Part shown: piece by piece, positions 20,501 to 28,300 of the stretch | Layout of the letters: each line of letters begins with the position of its first letter | Numbering within the stretch: position 1 is the first letter of the stretch | Source: a virus | Virus record (IMG/VR): IMGVR_UViG_3300037516_001127 | Span: 1-64,000 of that record | Direction: 5' to 3' (one strand) | DNA: 64,000 nucleotides | Notes under the pieces: generated by a model | What the model was told of the DNA's origin: nothing | Databases searched by the model: none | Seen by the model: only the letters and a program-made list of their open reading frames with translations | Made by a program: the position numbers and the translations under genes

Positions 20501-23396
20501 CATTCGGGTAACCGGGGAGCCTATGGATACCCAGGGATTTGCCTGCTTGGTTTTCGTACCTGTCACTAAAGAAGGCGTTAGTACTTGATGCCGAACCAGT
20601 GTAAGTTGCACCCAGTCTAACTACACCATCAGGGGTATCTCCAGGCAATGGAGGCACATCAGAGGCTCGTGTATAAATCTTTGATGGTGAAGCCGACGCC
20701 GAAGTTGTTCCATCACCAAAATCCCAAGAAACTGAAACAATGCTTCCATCAGAATCCGTTGATAGTGACGATGAAAAGTTTTGGGTTTCACCAATTTTCC
20801 CTATGAGTGGCCCTGTGATATTAGCGACAGGCGGCACATTTGGGACCACCGGAGCAGTTACAACAATTTCCGTCGACGCTATATCAAACACGCCTTCATC
20901 GTCAGTAACTGTCAACGCAACAACGTAAGTCCCTCCTTCAGTGTATGTATGTGAAGTGATTTGGTTTATGTCTGAAAAACCATCACTAAAATTCCAGTAA
21001 TACGAAGTGATAGCGCCGTCACCAGCCACGGAAGACGAAGCATCAAAATTGACAGTTAAAGGCGATAAGCCTGAAGTAGGGGTGGCTTCTATGACTGCTG
21101 TTGGTGGGAGGTTTTCTGAGGGGAGAGGAGCAGTCGCAATTTTATGAGAACCAGGTTCACCCTCGATTGACGAGATATCAACAACTTCAAAATGTGTGTA
21201 CAACAATTTGTTGTTAATCTGCTGTTTGATATCAGCTGGCCACGTTGGGTCATTCGGCGCAATAAGCTTAGGTTGCCCTCCACGATCGAACAGCATGGCA
21301 CCATATTTTTTTAAAGTTCTTGCTATTGCCCGAGCTGCCTGCGAGCTAGGGAACGCAGTGTTTTCATCAAAGCTTTCAGCAAGGCGAATTATTTGACCGG
21401 CTTTAAGACCTTCAGCTAATTTACCATCAGCTCCCCTTGCAGGCCATACCGCATCACCACCATTGAGAGCTTTATAATTGGCAAGAGTGAAACCGAGCAT
21501 ATGCCCAAGGTCTTTATCTTCTTCACAATCTAAAAGGTCCTGATAAGTAAAGAAAAATTGGGCTATAGGAATTTCTGCTACGCAAACACCGTAAGGGATG
21601 GAGTACGGGCCATAAATGCCGGTCTTTGGGTAGGCAAAAGATGGAAGATCATAAGAATTCAAATCCCAAGTTACAGCCTGCTCACAACTGGCATCAGTAC
21701 CGCCATAACCAATCGCTTCAAATAGTTCTCCTCTGCTTTCATCCCAACAGATGGCATGCCGATCACCTACATCCCCGCCAACTATGGGATTGTAGAAAGT
21801 TGTAACTGGATTCCTGAATGCCCCTTGTTGTCTTAAAGCAGTAAACCAAATATGTTGAAGTGGTGGTTTCTGATGACCTAGCCAGCCAGGCAAAGGCAGA
21901 GGATTCAAAAATGTCGGAGCACTATAAACGCTGTTCCAATTTTTCTTTAGGGTATTAGCCGGAGCGCTATCAGACCAATAACCAGCCCCAATGCCCTGAT
22001 TCCATTGCGTTGTAGTAGTCGGCTTAAACTCCATATGATAACTTCCAATGTTACCCGGATAAACGGACTGATAATTTGCCGTCGAAGTCATAATGGCTAC
22101 GCTGTCTGGATCAACAGGAAGCTCATCGACAGGCGTATTAAAAATAGAATCCCGCCAAAAAGTAGCCCTGTTAGGCCGATGCGGCGGATACACCCAGGTG
22201 CGCCCTGGAGGCCTCGGACCATTATCCTGAACGATTACCGTCCTAACCACAGAAATAGCATCACCGTCGTCAGTGGTAACAGTAAGCTTTATCTGATAGT
22301 TCCCTGCAACATAATAAATTTTTGTTACCGAAAAAGAATCCTGAATAACACCAAAACGGTGAACCAAAAGCCCACTAGTAGACAAACTAAGCAAACCAAG
22401 CAAAGCATCATAAACAGCAGACCCAACAGGAGGAATCGAATTATAACCAGTCAAAGCATCCGCAGCACTCGAATAACAAACAGACGCCACACGAGCACCC
22501 GCACCATCAGAAGCAGAACCCAAAACATTCTCAAAAAAATCTTCATGAATAGCAGCAGCAGTCGCATCAAAACTATTCGACGAATAATTACTGATATTCA
22601 AAACAAGATTCTTAAGAGCAACAAAAGTACGGGCCTTGAAATAAGACCCATAATTCTGTGGGCTAGTAGCTATACTCCCAAAACTATTTTGCACACGAAA
22701 ATCTGCACCAACAAAATCCCAACACCCATCAATCCACCAACTAGAAACGACAGTATTAAAAGTCTCCATAGACAGAACCGGAGCAAAAGCAATCTTATCA
22801 GCACCAGAAGCAGCCAAACGGGCCTTGAACTTCTGCTGAAAAGAACGCCAATTAGCAACCGTATAACCAGTACTACCAATAGCAGCGGCCACTGTAGCCT
22901 CAGGTTGAGGCTCAACCGAAATCCACACAGGCTTATCAAGATTCTTAAGACCCGCAATAATACTATCAAAATGGGCGTCACGCCCACCCGCAGCAGCAGC
23001 AGCCCAATTATCGATCTTAAAAGAAACCCACGGCAAACGACCCGCAGTCAAAGCAACATTCGCGTCCGCAGGGACGCTCAAACTATCAGCCCACTGGCGG
23101 TACAATCTTTCAACACCAACACGATCACCTGAAGGATCTTGCCAACGTGAACCAATATTGCTATCAGAAAATCCGATTCGCATCATCCCAGGCCGGATAT
23201 CACCTGGGTAACTATCGCTTTGGCTATAAGGTTTATTTAAAGAAGTTGAATCGCCCCAACTCAAGATACGGTTTGACAAAACATTCGGAACCGAAGCAGA
23301 ATAATTTCCGCTCACCGTAACAGCAAAACCTACAGCGGGGTCAGCTATATACCCAAAACTCTCAGAAACCGTCAAAGACGAAATAACCGGTGCCAT
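17589..23396 (-). CDS. Giant multi-PKD adhesin/receptor-binding protein with two GH26-like barrels
   Basis: At least 6 PKD repeats (W[DTN]F[GS][DN]G..., G.Y.V.LTVTD.DG); two homologous barrels with GRLPWVSFK / GRMPWFSYF and KPVWISV / KPIWLSV. Confidence 0.75.
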   Translation of the reverse strand: MAPVISSLTVSESFGYIADPAVGFAVTVSGNYSASVPNVLSNRILSWGDSTSLNKPYSQSDSYPGDIRPGMMRIGFSDSNIGSRWQDPSGDRVGVERLYRQWADSLSVPADANVALTAGRLPWVSFKIDNWAAAAAGGRDAHFDSIIAGLKNLDKPVWISVEPQPEATVAAAIGSTGYTVANWRSFQQKFKARLAASGADKIAFAPVLSMETFNTVVSSWWIDGCWDFVGADFRVQNSFGSIATSPQNYGSYFKARTFVALKNLVLNISNYSSNSFDATAAAIHEDFFENVLGSASDGAGARVASVCYSSAADALTGYNSIPPVGSAVYDALLGLLSLSTSGLLVHRFGVIQDSFSVTKIYYVAGNYQIKLTVTTDDGDAISVVRTVIVQDNGPRPPGRTWVYPPHRPNRATFWRDSIFNTPVDELPVDPDSVAIMTSTANYQSVYPGNIGSYHMEFKPTTTTQWNQGIGAGYWSDSAPANTLKKNWNSVYSAPTFLNPLPLPGWLGHQKPPLQHIWFTALRQQGAFRNPVTTFYNPIVGGDVGDRHAICWDESRGELFEAIGYGGTDASCEQAVTWDLNSYDLPSFAYPKTGIYGPYSIPYGVCVAEIPIAQFFFTYQDLLDCEEDKDLGHMLGFTLANYKALNGGDAVWPARGADGKLAEGLKAGQIIRLAESFDENTAFPSSQAARAIARTLKKYGAMLFDRGGQPKLIAPNDPTWPADIKQQINNKLLYTHFEVVDISSIEGEPGSHKIATAPLPSENLPPTAVIEATPTSGLSPLTVNFDASSSVAGDGAITSYYWNFSDGFSDINQITSHTYTEGGTYVVALTVTDDEGVFDIASTEIVVTAPVVPNVPPVANITGPLIGKIGETQNFSSSLSTDSDGSIVSVSWDFGDGTTSASASPSKIYTRASDVPPLPGDTPDGVVRLGATYTGSASSTNAFFSDRYENQAGKSLGIHRLPGYPNEPGVLTPAWNPADRVTAASLTTAAGRMPWFSYFPPVDRVIAGSEDANILALLTSLKNVDKPIWLSVWDNPEYYVGVQAWFTIEEWRLVQVKFRQILNQINATNISFAPIFNSTTWEGDQLGSYNPDSYLEPLAEWDFYGLIHYVTAASSGSIGNMDYPTGLTDFRDWAKTKNISHMAIADYGNNDQTASGVNELESIYNYCLSSGTDNNGPAIMGLSLGVLYIPPLGSITLTKFNQLAGRVTSWNISQKVQYGPYLVTLTVTDNDGETASKTQSIFISSQPPPNLPPIAIITVPPTGIVGTAINFSSAGSSDPDGTIRSYLWTFGNGNVSAQANPVYTYLSAGTYTVSLRVTDNDGATATQTDSIIISPANVPPVSIISGPTSVLIDQMVTLTSVSTDSDGTIVSYLWDFDDGTASTAESPTKAWTTSGYYAVALTVRDDDGASDVSSQRVTVISDVTEGEVSVGSEGAVVRPDPYKQIVLGWNEDEIGTLFGASYFRAYGYPAPNALVESVEVDFGEIGSGLRGGGFGVSVVSLSGGSVIPGVWSGLGEFGVDYGGIYTVSVLWDGIITATFTPTAKVRTDSFAIRITPFQGSVEVPGFRLVSVAPDFSIEPIGSNPFEVGEVIGFTTFPVVTDPDPLEHSYDTVGSYIVSMTSGVDEATTVIEIIDPLVVNEPPVPVIDRVGEPSAGIPYGLIGSNSYDNDGTVTAYSWDFGDGTTSDQADLSKTWSSGGIYRVVLTVYDDEGASASIVESITVSQIVPALGCGGNYQSFAGSNLEAWNGTNIWGFVDWDEDWYPELVANNASYQVAVLDGTAGNASLPAGSGWFEYSSVNNVSFYAATQVRFPESAVSGRLKIGASLTLRIDESDYGDIPAKATFALYRSNGDFLDGAKTYKSQVWSERYSFSVLDGTAVSDGQRVDISLDTGTLPLFALDSPLVLVVSIDLLGTENVVPNGLEVSFFNFVGCYLTD

Positions 23397-24670
23397 TATC
23401 CGAGCGCCCGTGCAGTAACCGAAATAGTAGCGTCAGGCAAACTACCATACCTCGTAAAAGCCAAATCAGCTCCCGATACATCCAACGAGCCAACAGGCCA
23501 CGCCGCACCATCATCAGTATAAGCGTCCGTTATATCCTCAGGCGGTATGCCAACAATATGATTAGGCGTTGACACAACAATTGAAAGATCCTCAACCCGG
23601 GCCACCCCAACAACATTGTTAATCGCAGTAACAACCTCGTTATAGAAAATCGTATCCCCCCAAGACCAATAATTTGGAGTCAAATACTTCAACAAAGCAG
23701 TATTTACCGAAGCGCTAACAACCGTCGCAGAATAACCAGCAGAACAAATAATCGTAGCAGTCACATCAATCGGCACAACATGAGGTGGGACAATGTCAAT
23801 TTGCAAACCGGCTATACCACGCCGCATCAAATCAGCGGCCATAGCTTCAGATTTTTCCACAGAAAGAGAAGCACCATTCAAGCCGCACGCATAAATCGTA
23901 AGATAACCATTCGTAGGCAAAGTATTTGCAACTAGGTCATTACGCGGTACACCATCATACTTATCGACAACTGCTAGCCGACTATAAGCTTTAACTCTAA
24001 AAACATCAACATATTTAGCCAACAAATACTGTTCAAATTGTTTTGGCAGAACAAGAGCCTGACTATATGACCCCAATAAGCCTATAGCGCGAGCGAAATA
24101 CTCTACATCCGTTTCAGGATCAGTACCAACATCTAAATCCTCTTCTAATATTGCCGTATCAACCCAGGGGACAGCAGAAAGAACCCTGATGAAAGCCCCA
24201 GCTGCCAGCATAGGGTATTCTTCGTTAAGGATACCTTGGACCGGCACCGTCATAGAAGTTGACAATCTTGCCGCAACAACATCGACTGTAGATTCAAATA
24301 CATATAGAACCGGGTCGCTTCCACCCGAATCAAACCAACCAAACCTTGTCCCCTTTTTTAACGTATGACCCACTTCGTCCGACAAAGCCAATTGCAAAAC
24401 CGCAGTCGGTTTTGTTCCCGTTAAACGTTCAATCTGGAACATCTGAAGAACCGCTTCAGTTATAGATGAAGTAGTACGATTTAATGCACCAAGGAGCTCA
24501 CCGCTAACCCCTGACGCCGCTTGCAGCAAAGCGTCCTCTATCGACCCCACAGTAGGAGTCCATTCGGGCAAAGCGGCCCGAGCGTAAGCTACTGACGCAT
24601 CGTAAATATCGGCTGGTTGCTGATCGTAAATGGTTGGATCAACGTATGGGCTGACATCGGGTGATCCCAT
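23396..24670 (-). CDS. Baseplate J-like wedge protein
   Basis: LPEWTP..GSIEDALL, GTDPETDVEY, VPIDVTATI, EVVTAINNVVGVARV; position next to the gp25-like gene. Confidence 0.85.
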   Translation of the reverse strand: MGSPDVSPYVDPTIYDQQPADIYDASVAYARAALPEWTPTVGSIEDALLQAASGVSGELLGALNRTTSSITEAVLQMFQIERLTGTKPTAVLQLALSDEVGHTLKKGTRFGWFDSGGSDPVLYVFESTVDVVAARLSTSMTVPVQGILNEEYPMLAAGAFIRVLSAVPWVDTAILEEDLDVGTDPETDVEYFARAIGLLGSYSQALVLPKQFEQYLLAKYVDVFRVKAYSRLAVVDKYDGVPRNDLVANTLPTNGYLTIYACGLNGASLSVEKSEAMAADLMRRGIAGLQIDIVPPHVVPIDVTATIICSAGYSATVVSASVNTALLKYLTPNYWSWGDTIFYNEVVTAINNVVGVARVEDLSIVVSTPNHIVGIPPEDITDAYTDDGAAWPVGSLDVSGADLAFTRYGSLPDATISVTARALG

Positions 24671-24975
24671 CAGATTTCACTAGTCCTTTTAAATGGTATT
24701 TCGATAGAAACGCTTTGGTCGTCGTTCCAGCGTTCTTTGACGTCTTCGATATCGATGTCACCGAAATAGGTTCCGCAGTTTACCATGAGTCCGCCGCGAT
24801 CGAATCCGAAGAATTCTGATTCGGTGACACCAAAAGCTGGTCGTAACGATAGTTCGCCGACATGGGTTCTGACAACGGAGGCTATGCGTTGTGCTGCCCA
24901 TGCGTCGGAGTTGGTGTCGTGGGTATTTGCTGAGCCGCGTGTGATTTTGAATGGGAATGCGAGGCCTTTTGCCAT
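24670..24975 (-). CDS. Baseplate wedge gp25/W-like protein, 101 aa
   Basis: Start MAKGLAFPF at 24975; T..GEL.LRPAFG motif; lies between spike and baseplate J. Confidence 0.75.
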   Translation of the reverse strand: MAKGLAFPFKITRGSANTHDTNSDAWAAQRIASVVRTHVGELSLRPAFGVTESEFFGFDRGGLMVNCGTYFGDIDIEDVKERWNDDQSVSIEIPFKRTSEI

Positions 24976-26780
24976 TAGGCTTCTAGGCTTTCGATTCGTG
25001 CTTCGAGTGCTGTTATTTGGGCTTTGAGGTCTTGTACGGCGGCAACTGTTAGTGCCGTGATGTGATCTCCGTGATAATACTCTGGGTCCCAACCTGTTAT
25101 ATCGTCTGGGAATTCTTCATTTGCCATGTAGGTAACTAGACTTGGGGCGTCTTCCATGAGCTCTTCAACAATGAACCCATAATATGGGCTAATCGCGTGT
25201 AAATCGGAAACTAATTGGCTTGCCCCTGAGGGGGGTTTCGCAGTATAATATCTCGGTCTAATTGCATCAATAATTTCCCAAGGGTCGGCAATAGGAGAAA
25301 TGTTATTTTTAAATTCTCTCCTTGACCCTTGCGCAATAAGTACCCCATAGGCACTATACCCATATATCCCGCCGGTCTCCGATATTGTCCCGGCTTGGGC
25401 ACCAGCGCCACCGGGGGGGAAGCCACCCAAGAATGTGTAGCCGTTATCCCAGAATTCTATCTGACTTGTCTCTGTTACAGTGTTATAGAGCCTTATTCCA
25501 TCATTTTGATCCCTTCTACCCAAGAAATGTGAATAAGAGGCATTATCGTCCCTCGCAAACCAAAGCCCACATCGCTCACCAGGAGAAGATGCAAGGCTTA
25601 AACGGCCTTTAAGATAATGACCCTGCCCACCTTGCGTAGCGGAACCGAAAATGCCATTTGTTATAACAAGAGCACGACCAGTAGAGGCGCTGGTACCGTA
25701 ATTATTGTTAGGTATAATATTAACTGGGCCGTTATAGTTTAAAAGATTTGGTGTATCAATGGCATTTGTAGCAGTAACCTGAAGAGTCGAATAAACTTGA
25801 CCCGTCAAACGTTCATACGGCAATTTGCCAGATGTAAGCTGATTGGCGCTCATAGCCGTAGGGTTGAATGCCCCATTAACCTGCACGTTCCCATTAATAG
25901 TCAAACCACCACCACCAGCATTCAAAGTCGTCAACCCACTAATTAACGTCAACTGTGCCAGCGACGCCCCAACCCGCGTAATACCCGTATACTCACCCGC
26001 CAAACGACCCGCAGGAACCGTACCAACATTAAGCTGAGTCGCATTCAAATTACCAGAAAAACTACCAGCCGAAACAGCTACGGTGGTACCAAACTGGACA
26101 GCACCACCCAAAGGATTAATCTTCAAAACCCCAGCAGCCGAACCCACCCGAGCCTGAATCGTATCCACAACCTCAGTAGCAACAGAACCAGTAGAAGACC
26201 CCAAAGCAACATTAGCGCCACTAGTAAGACCAAAAACAGCCTGACCCGAAGTCGCCCCAGCCAAAGAAATCGGAAGATGCGACCTAGAAACATAAAAAGG
26301 CATCCGAGGGCTAACAACCCCAACACCCACACCAAACGAGTTTATAAAAGTACCAGCAGCACTAAAATCGCCACCCGATTTAACCCCACCAAATGTCGTG
26401 CCAGTCCAAACATACGTCAAAAACGTATCAGTCTCAAAAATTGTTGTCCCAGCAGGAATATCCCCAGCATCAGGACGAGTCGTAGAAGTACAAACAACCG
26501 GAGGAGCAAAAGTAAAACTAGTACTATTACGAACGACCCCAAGGACAACAAGGCTATCCGCCCGGTTCTCAACAAAAACACACGCTACCCGTTCACCCTC
26601 GCGAGGCAAAACAAGCGAAGAAACAGCCAGGGGGCCGTATTCGACTTCAACGCTGATACGGGGTACGAGTACCCAAACACGCGAAATCTCCTCGTCAACA
26701 TTTGTTACAATGCCGTAGTAGATGCCGTTCGGCCTAAACGAAACACTCGCCGATGATTCCGGGTTGCTAAAATCACTCAT
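24975..26780 (-). CDS. Baseplate spike (gp5/gpV OB-fold N-terminus) extended into a fibre with a C-terminal S74-type intramolecular chaperone
   Basis: GIYYGIVTNVD...RVWVLVP...LPREGERVACVF; C-terminal SRREFKNNI...IRPRYY...YGFIVEEL...AVQDL...LEARIESLE. Confidence 0.75.
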   Translation of the reverse strand: MSDFSNPESSASVSFRPNGIYYGIVTNVDEEISRVWVLVPRISVEVEYGPLAVSSLVLPREGERVACVFVENRADSLVVLGVVRNSTSFTFAPPVVCTSTTRPDAGDIPAGTTIFETDTFLTYVWTGTTFGGVKSGGDFSAAGTFINSFGVGVGVVSPRMPFYVSRSHLPISLAGATSGQAVFGLTSGANVALGSSTGSVATEVVDTIQARVGSAAGVLKINPLGGAVQFGTTVAVSAGSFSGNLNATQLNVGTVPAGRLAGEYTGITRVGASLAQLTLISGLTTLNAGGGGLTINGNVQVNGAFNPTAMSANQLTSGKLPYERLTGQVYSTLQVTATNAIDTPNLLNYNGPVNIIPNNNYGTSASTGRALVITNGIFGSATQGGQGHYLKGRLSLASSPGERCGLWFARDDNASYSHFLGRRDQNDGIRLYNTVTETSQIEFWDNGYTFLGGFPPGGAGAQAGTISETGGIYGYSAYGVLIAQGSRREFKNNISPIADPWEIIDAIRPRYYTAKPPSGASQLVSDLHAISPYYGFIVEELMEDAPSLVTYMANEEFPDDITGWDPEYYHGDHITALTVAAVQDLKAQITALEARIESLEA

Positions 26781-26798
26781 ATCAAAATCCTTCTACGC

Positions 26799-27644
26799 TC
26801 AAGCATCCGAGGTTTCTTCTTTTCTCTTAAACTTCGCAGGGGTCCGACCAGAAACCGAAACAGGCAAACCCGAATCCTCCTGCCATGATACTTCAGTAAT
26901 TAGGAACGGAACGTTAAAAGTTGGGATACCACTAAAATTTATTGTCATCCCAGGGCGAAACTGGATAGCATTTGTTCGATCAAACAGTGCTGTGAAGTCC
27001 GCTTCGTAAGGGTCGTTATCGGAACGTCTAAAAGTAGGGCATTCGATCAGCTGATAATAAGAACCTTCAGGTGACGGCCAACCACAATTCATATTTCCCC
27101 ACCTGTACAGAAGCCAGGATTGCGGCGCGAAATACACCACCCCGTCAACTTCAAAAACAACAAACTGGGCGTCGCCAGCAACCCGGCGCATAACATCCCA
27201 AGCGGATTCCATATTCTCATAAAATTGGGTTGTCGTAATAGTCAAAACTTCAGGGCTGTCAATACCAACATACCTTAAACCCTGGCTGTTCGCTGCGATT
27301 TGCACAAATTCGCTAGGCGCAGTAGCACCAAAACCCTCAGGGGTTTTATTCCGCTTCAAACGTTGAATACCCGCTGAGCGGGCTTCTATCGTCACCGAAG
27401 GATCAAACCCGCCAGCGGCTTCAACGTTTACTGAAGCGATTTCGAATGATGCTAAAAAGTATTGTAGTGGTCGGCGAATCGAAAAATAGTTATTGTTAAG
27501 CATAGCAAAACCGGGGTCTTTTAGTTTGATAACTATTTCAGACGCGTAGTCCATTGTGTAGCTGATGGTGATTGTTTCTACCGACTCTTCAATGTTTGCT
27601 TGTTGGAAAGAGTTTAAACCCGAAAGAATTATAGGAAGAGCCAT
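26799..27644 (-). CDS. Baseplate hub protein (gpD/gp27-like)
   Basis: ESAWDVMRRVA...FEVDGVVYF, FRPGMTI; position between tube initiator and spike. Confidence 0.7.
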   Translation of the reverse strand: MALPIILSGLNSFQQANIEESVETITISYTMDYASEIVIKLKDPGFAMLNNNYFSIRRPLQYFLASFEIASVNVEAAGGFDPSVTIEARSAGIQRLKRNKTPEGFGATAPSEFVQIAANSQGLRYVGIDSPEVLTITTTQFYENMESAWDVMRRVAGDAQFVVFEVDGVVYFAPQSWLLYRWGNMNCGWPSPEGSYYQLIECPTFRRSDNDPYEADFTALFDRTNAIQFRPGMTINFSGIPTFNVPFLITEVSWQEDSGLPVSVSGRTPAKFKRKEETSDA

Positions 27645-28300
27645 TAATCTTCCCCGGCTGGGGTCCGAGGATCGTCATCAGCACCAGTAAACGAAACACC
27701 AGCCCTGACCGTAGTACTAACATCCGCTTTGCGAGGAGGATAATCATTATAAGAAATCGGAGACAAAAAAGTAATCGGAATCGTAGGATTCCGCTCCTCC
27801 GTCATAGTCATCTGAATATCAGCCTGCGTAGCCTTATTATCCAAATCGCGAGCCAAAACATTTATCGACATATCAGTAATACGCCACCACGCAGAAAACC
27901 GCCCATTAATACCCCTAACGCCCTGCAACAACATCTTGTCAACGCCACCAGTAAAATAAACAGCAAAAGGCACCGTAGCCATAGCCCGCAACGTCTCAAT
28001 ACGATCCTCAACATTAACCTGACCGCCGCTAGGCCGATCAGCCAACCTAAAATTAAGAGCAGCTTTAGTTAACTGATAACCGCTAAAAGCAAGCGTCGGA
28101 TACTTACCAGCACGCTTAACTTCCTCATAAGCAGCAGCAATATTTTCAAAATTCACTTCAACCGGAGCATAAGGAAAATCAAAAATAGTAGAAGGCCCAA
28201 AAGCAAGCTGCACCATCTGCGCAACCTTATTAGACTGATTATACCCACCATAATTCCTAAGCGTATATTCGCTACGGATATTCACAGCTACCGTTGGCAT
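27644..28300 (-). CDS. Tail tube initiator/distal tail protein
   Basis: Directly after the tape measure; FPYAP...RAGKYP...WRITDMSI...ATQADIQMTMTE pattern. Confidence 0.6.
   Translation of the reverse strand: MPTVAVNIRSEYTLRNYGGYNQSNKVAQMVQLAFGPSTIFDFPYAPVEVNFENIAAAYEEVKRAGKYPTLAFSGYQLTKAALNFRLADRPSGGQVNVEDRIETLRAMATVPFAVYFTGGVDKMLLQGVRGINGRFSAWWRITDMSINVLARDLDNKATQADIQMTMTEERNPTIPITFLSPISYNDYPPRKADVSTTVRAGVSFTGADDDPRTPAGED

Noticed and set aside
22005-23132. Long + strand ORFs (also 6582-7265, 30622-31425, 57207-58043) and Leu/Val-rich alternate-frame minus ORFs
   Set aside because: They shadow well-supported genes and coincide with skewed or repetitive patches that lack stop codons; their composition is not protein-like.
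24976-25092. N-terminal extensions in track ORFs (24670..25092, 1044..1274, 15644..15973, 16133..17557, 37293..37787)
   Set aside because: Downstream ATGs have an RBS or stop-start coupling, and several extensions overlap upstream genes.
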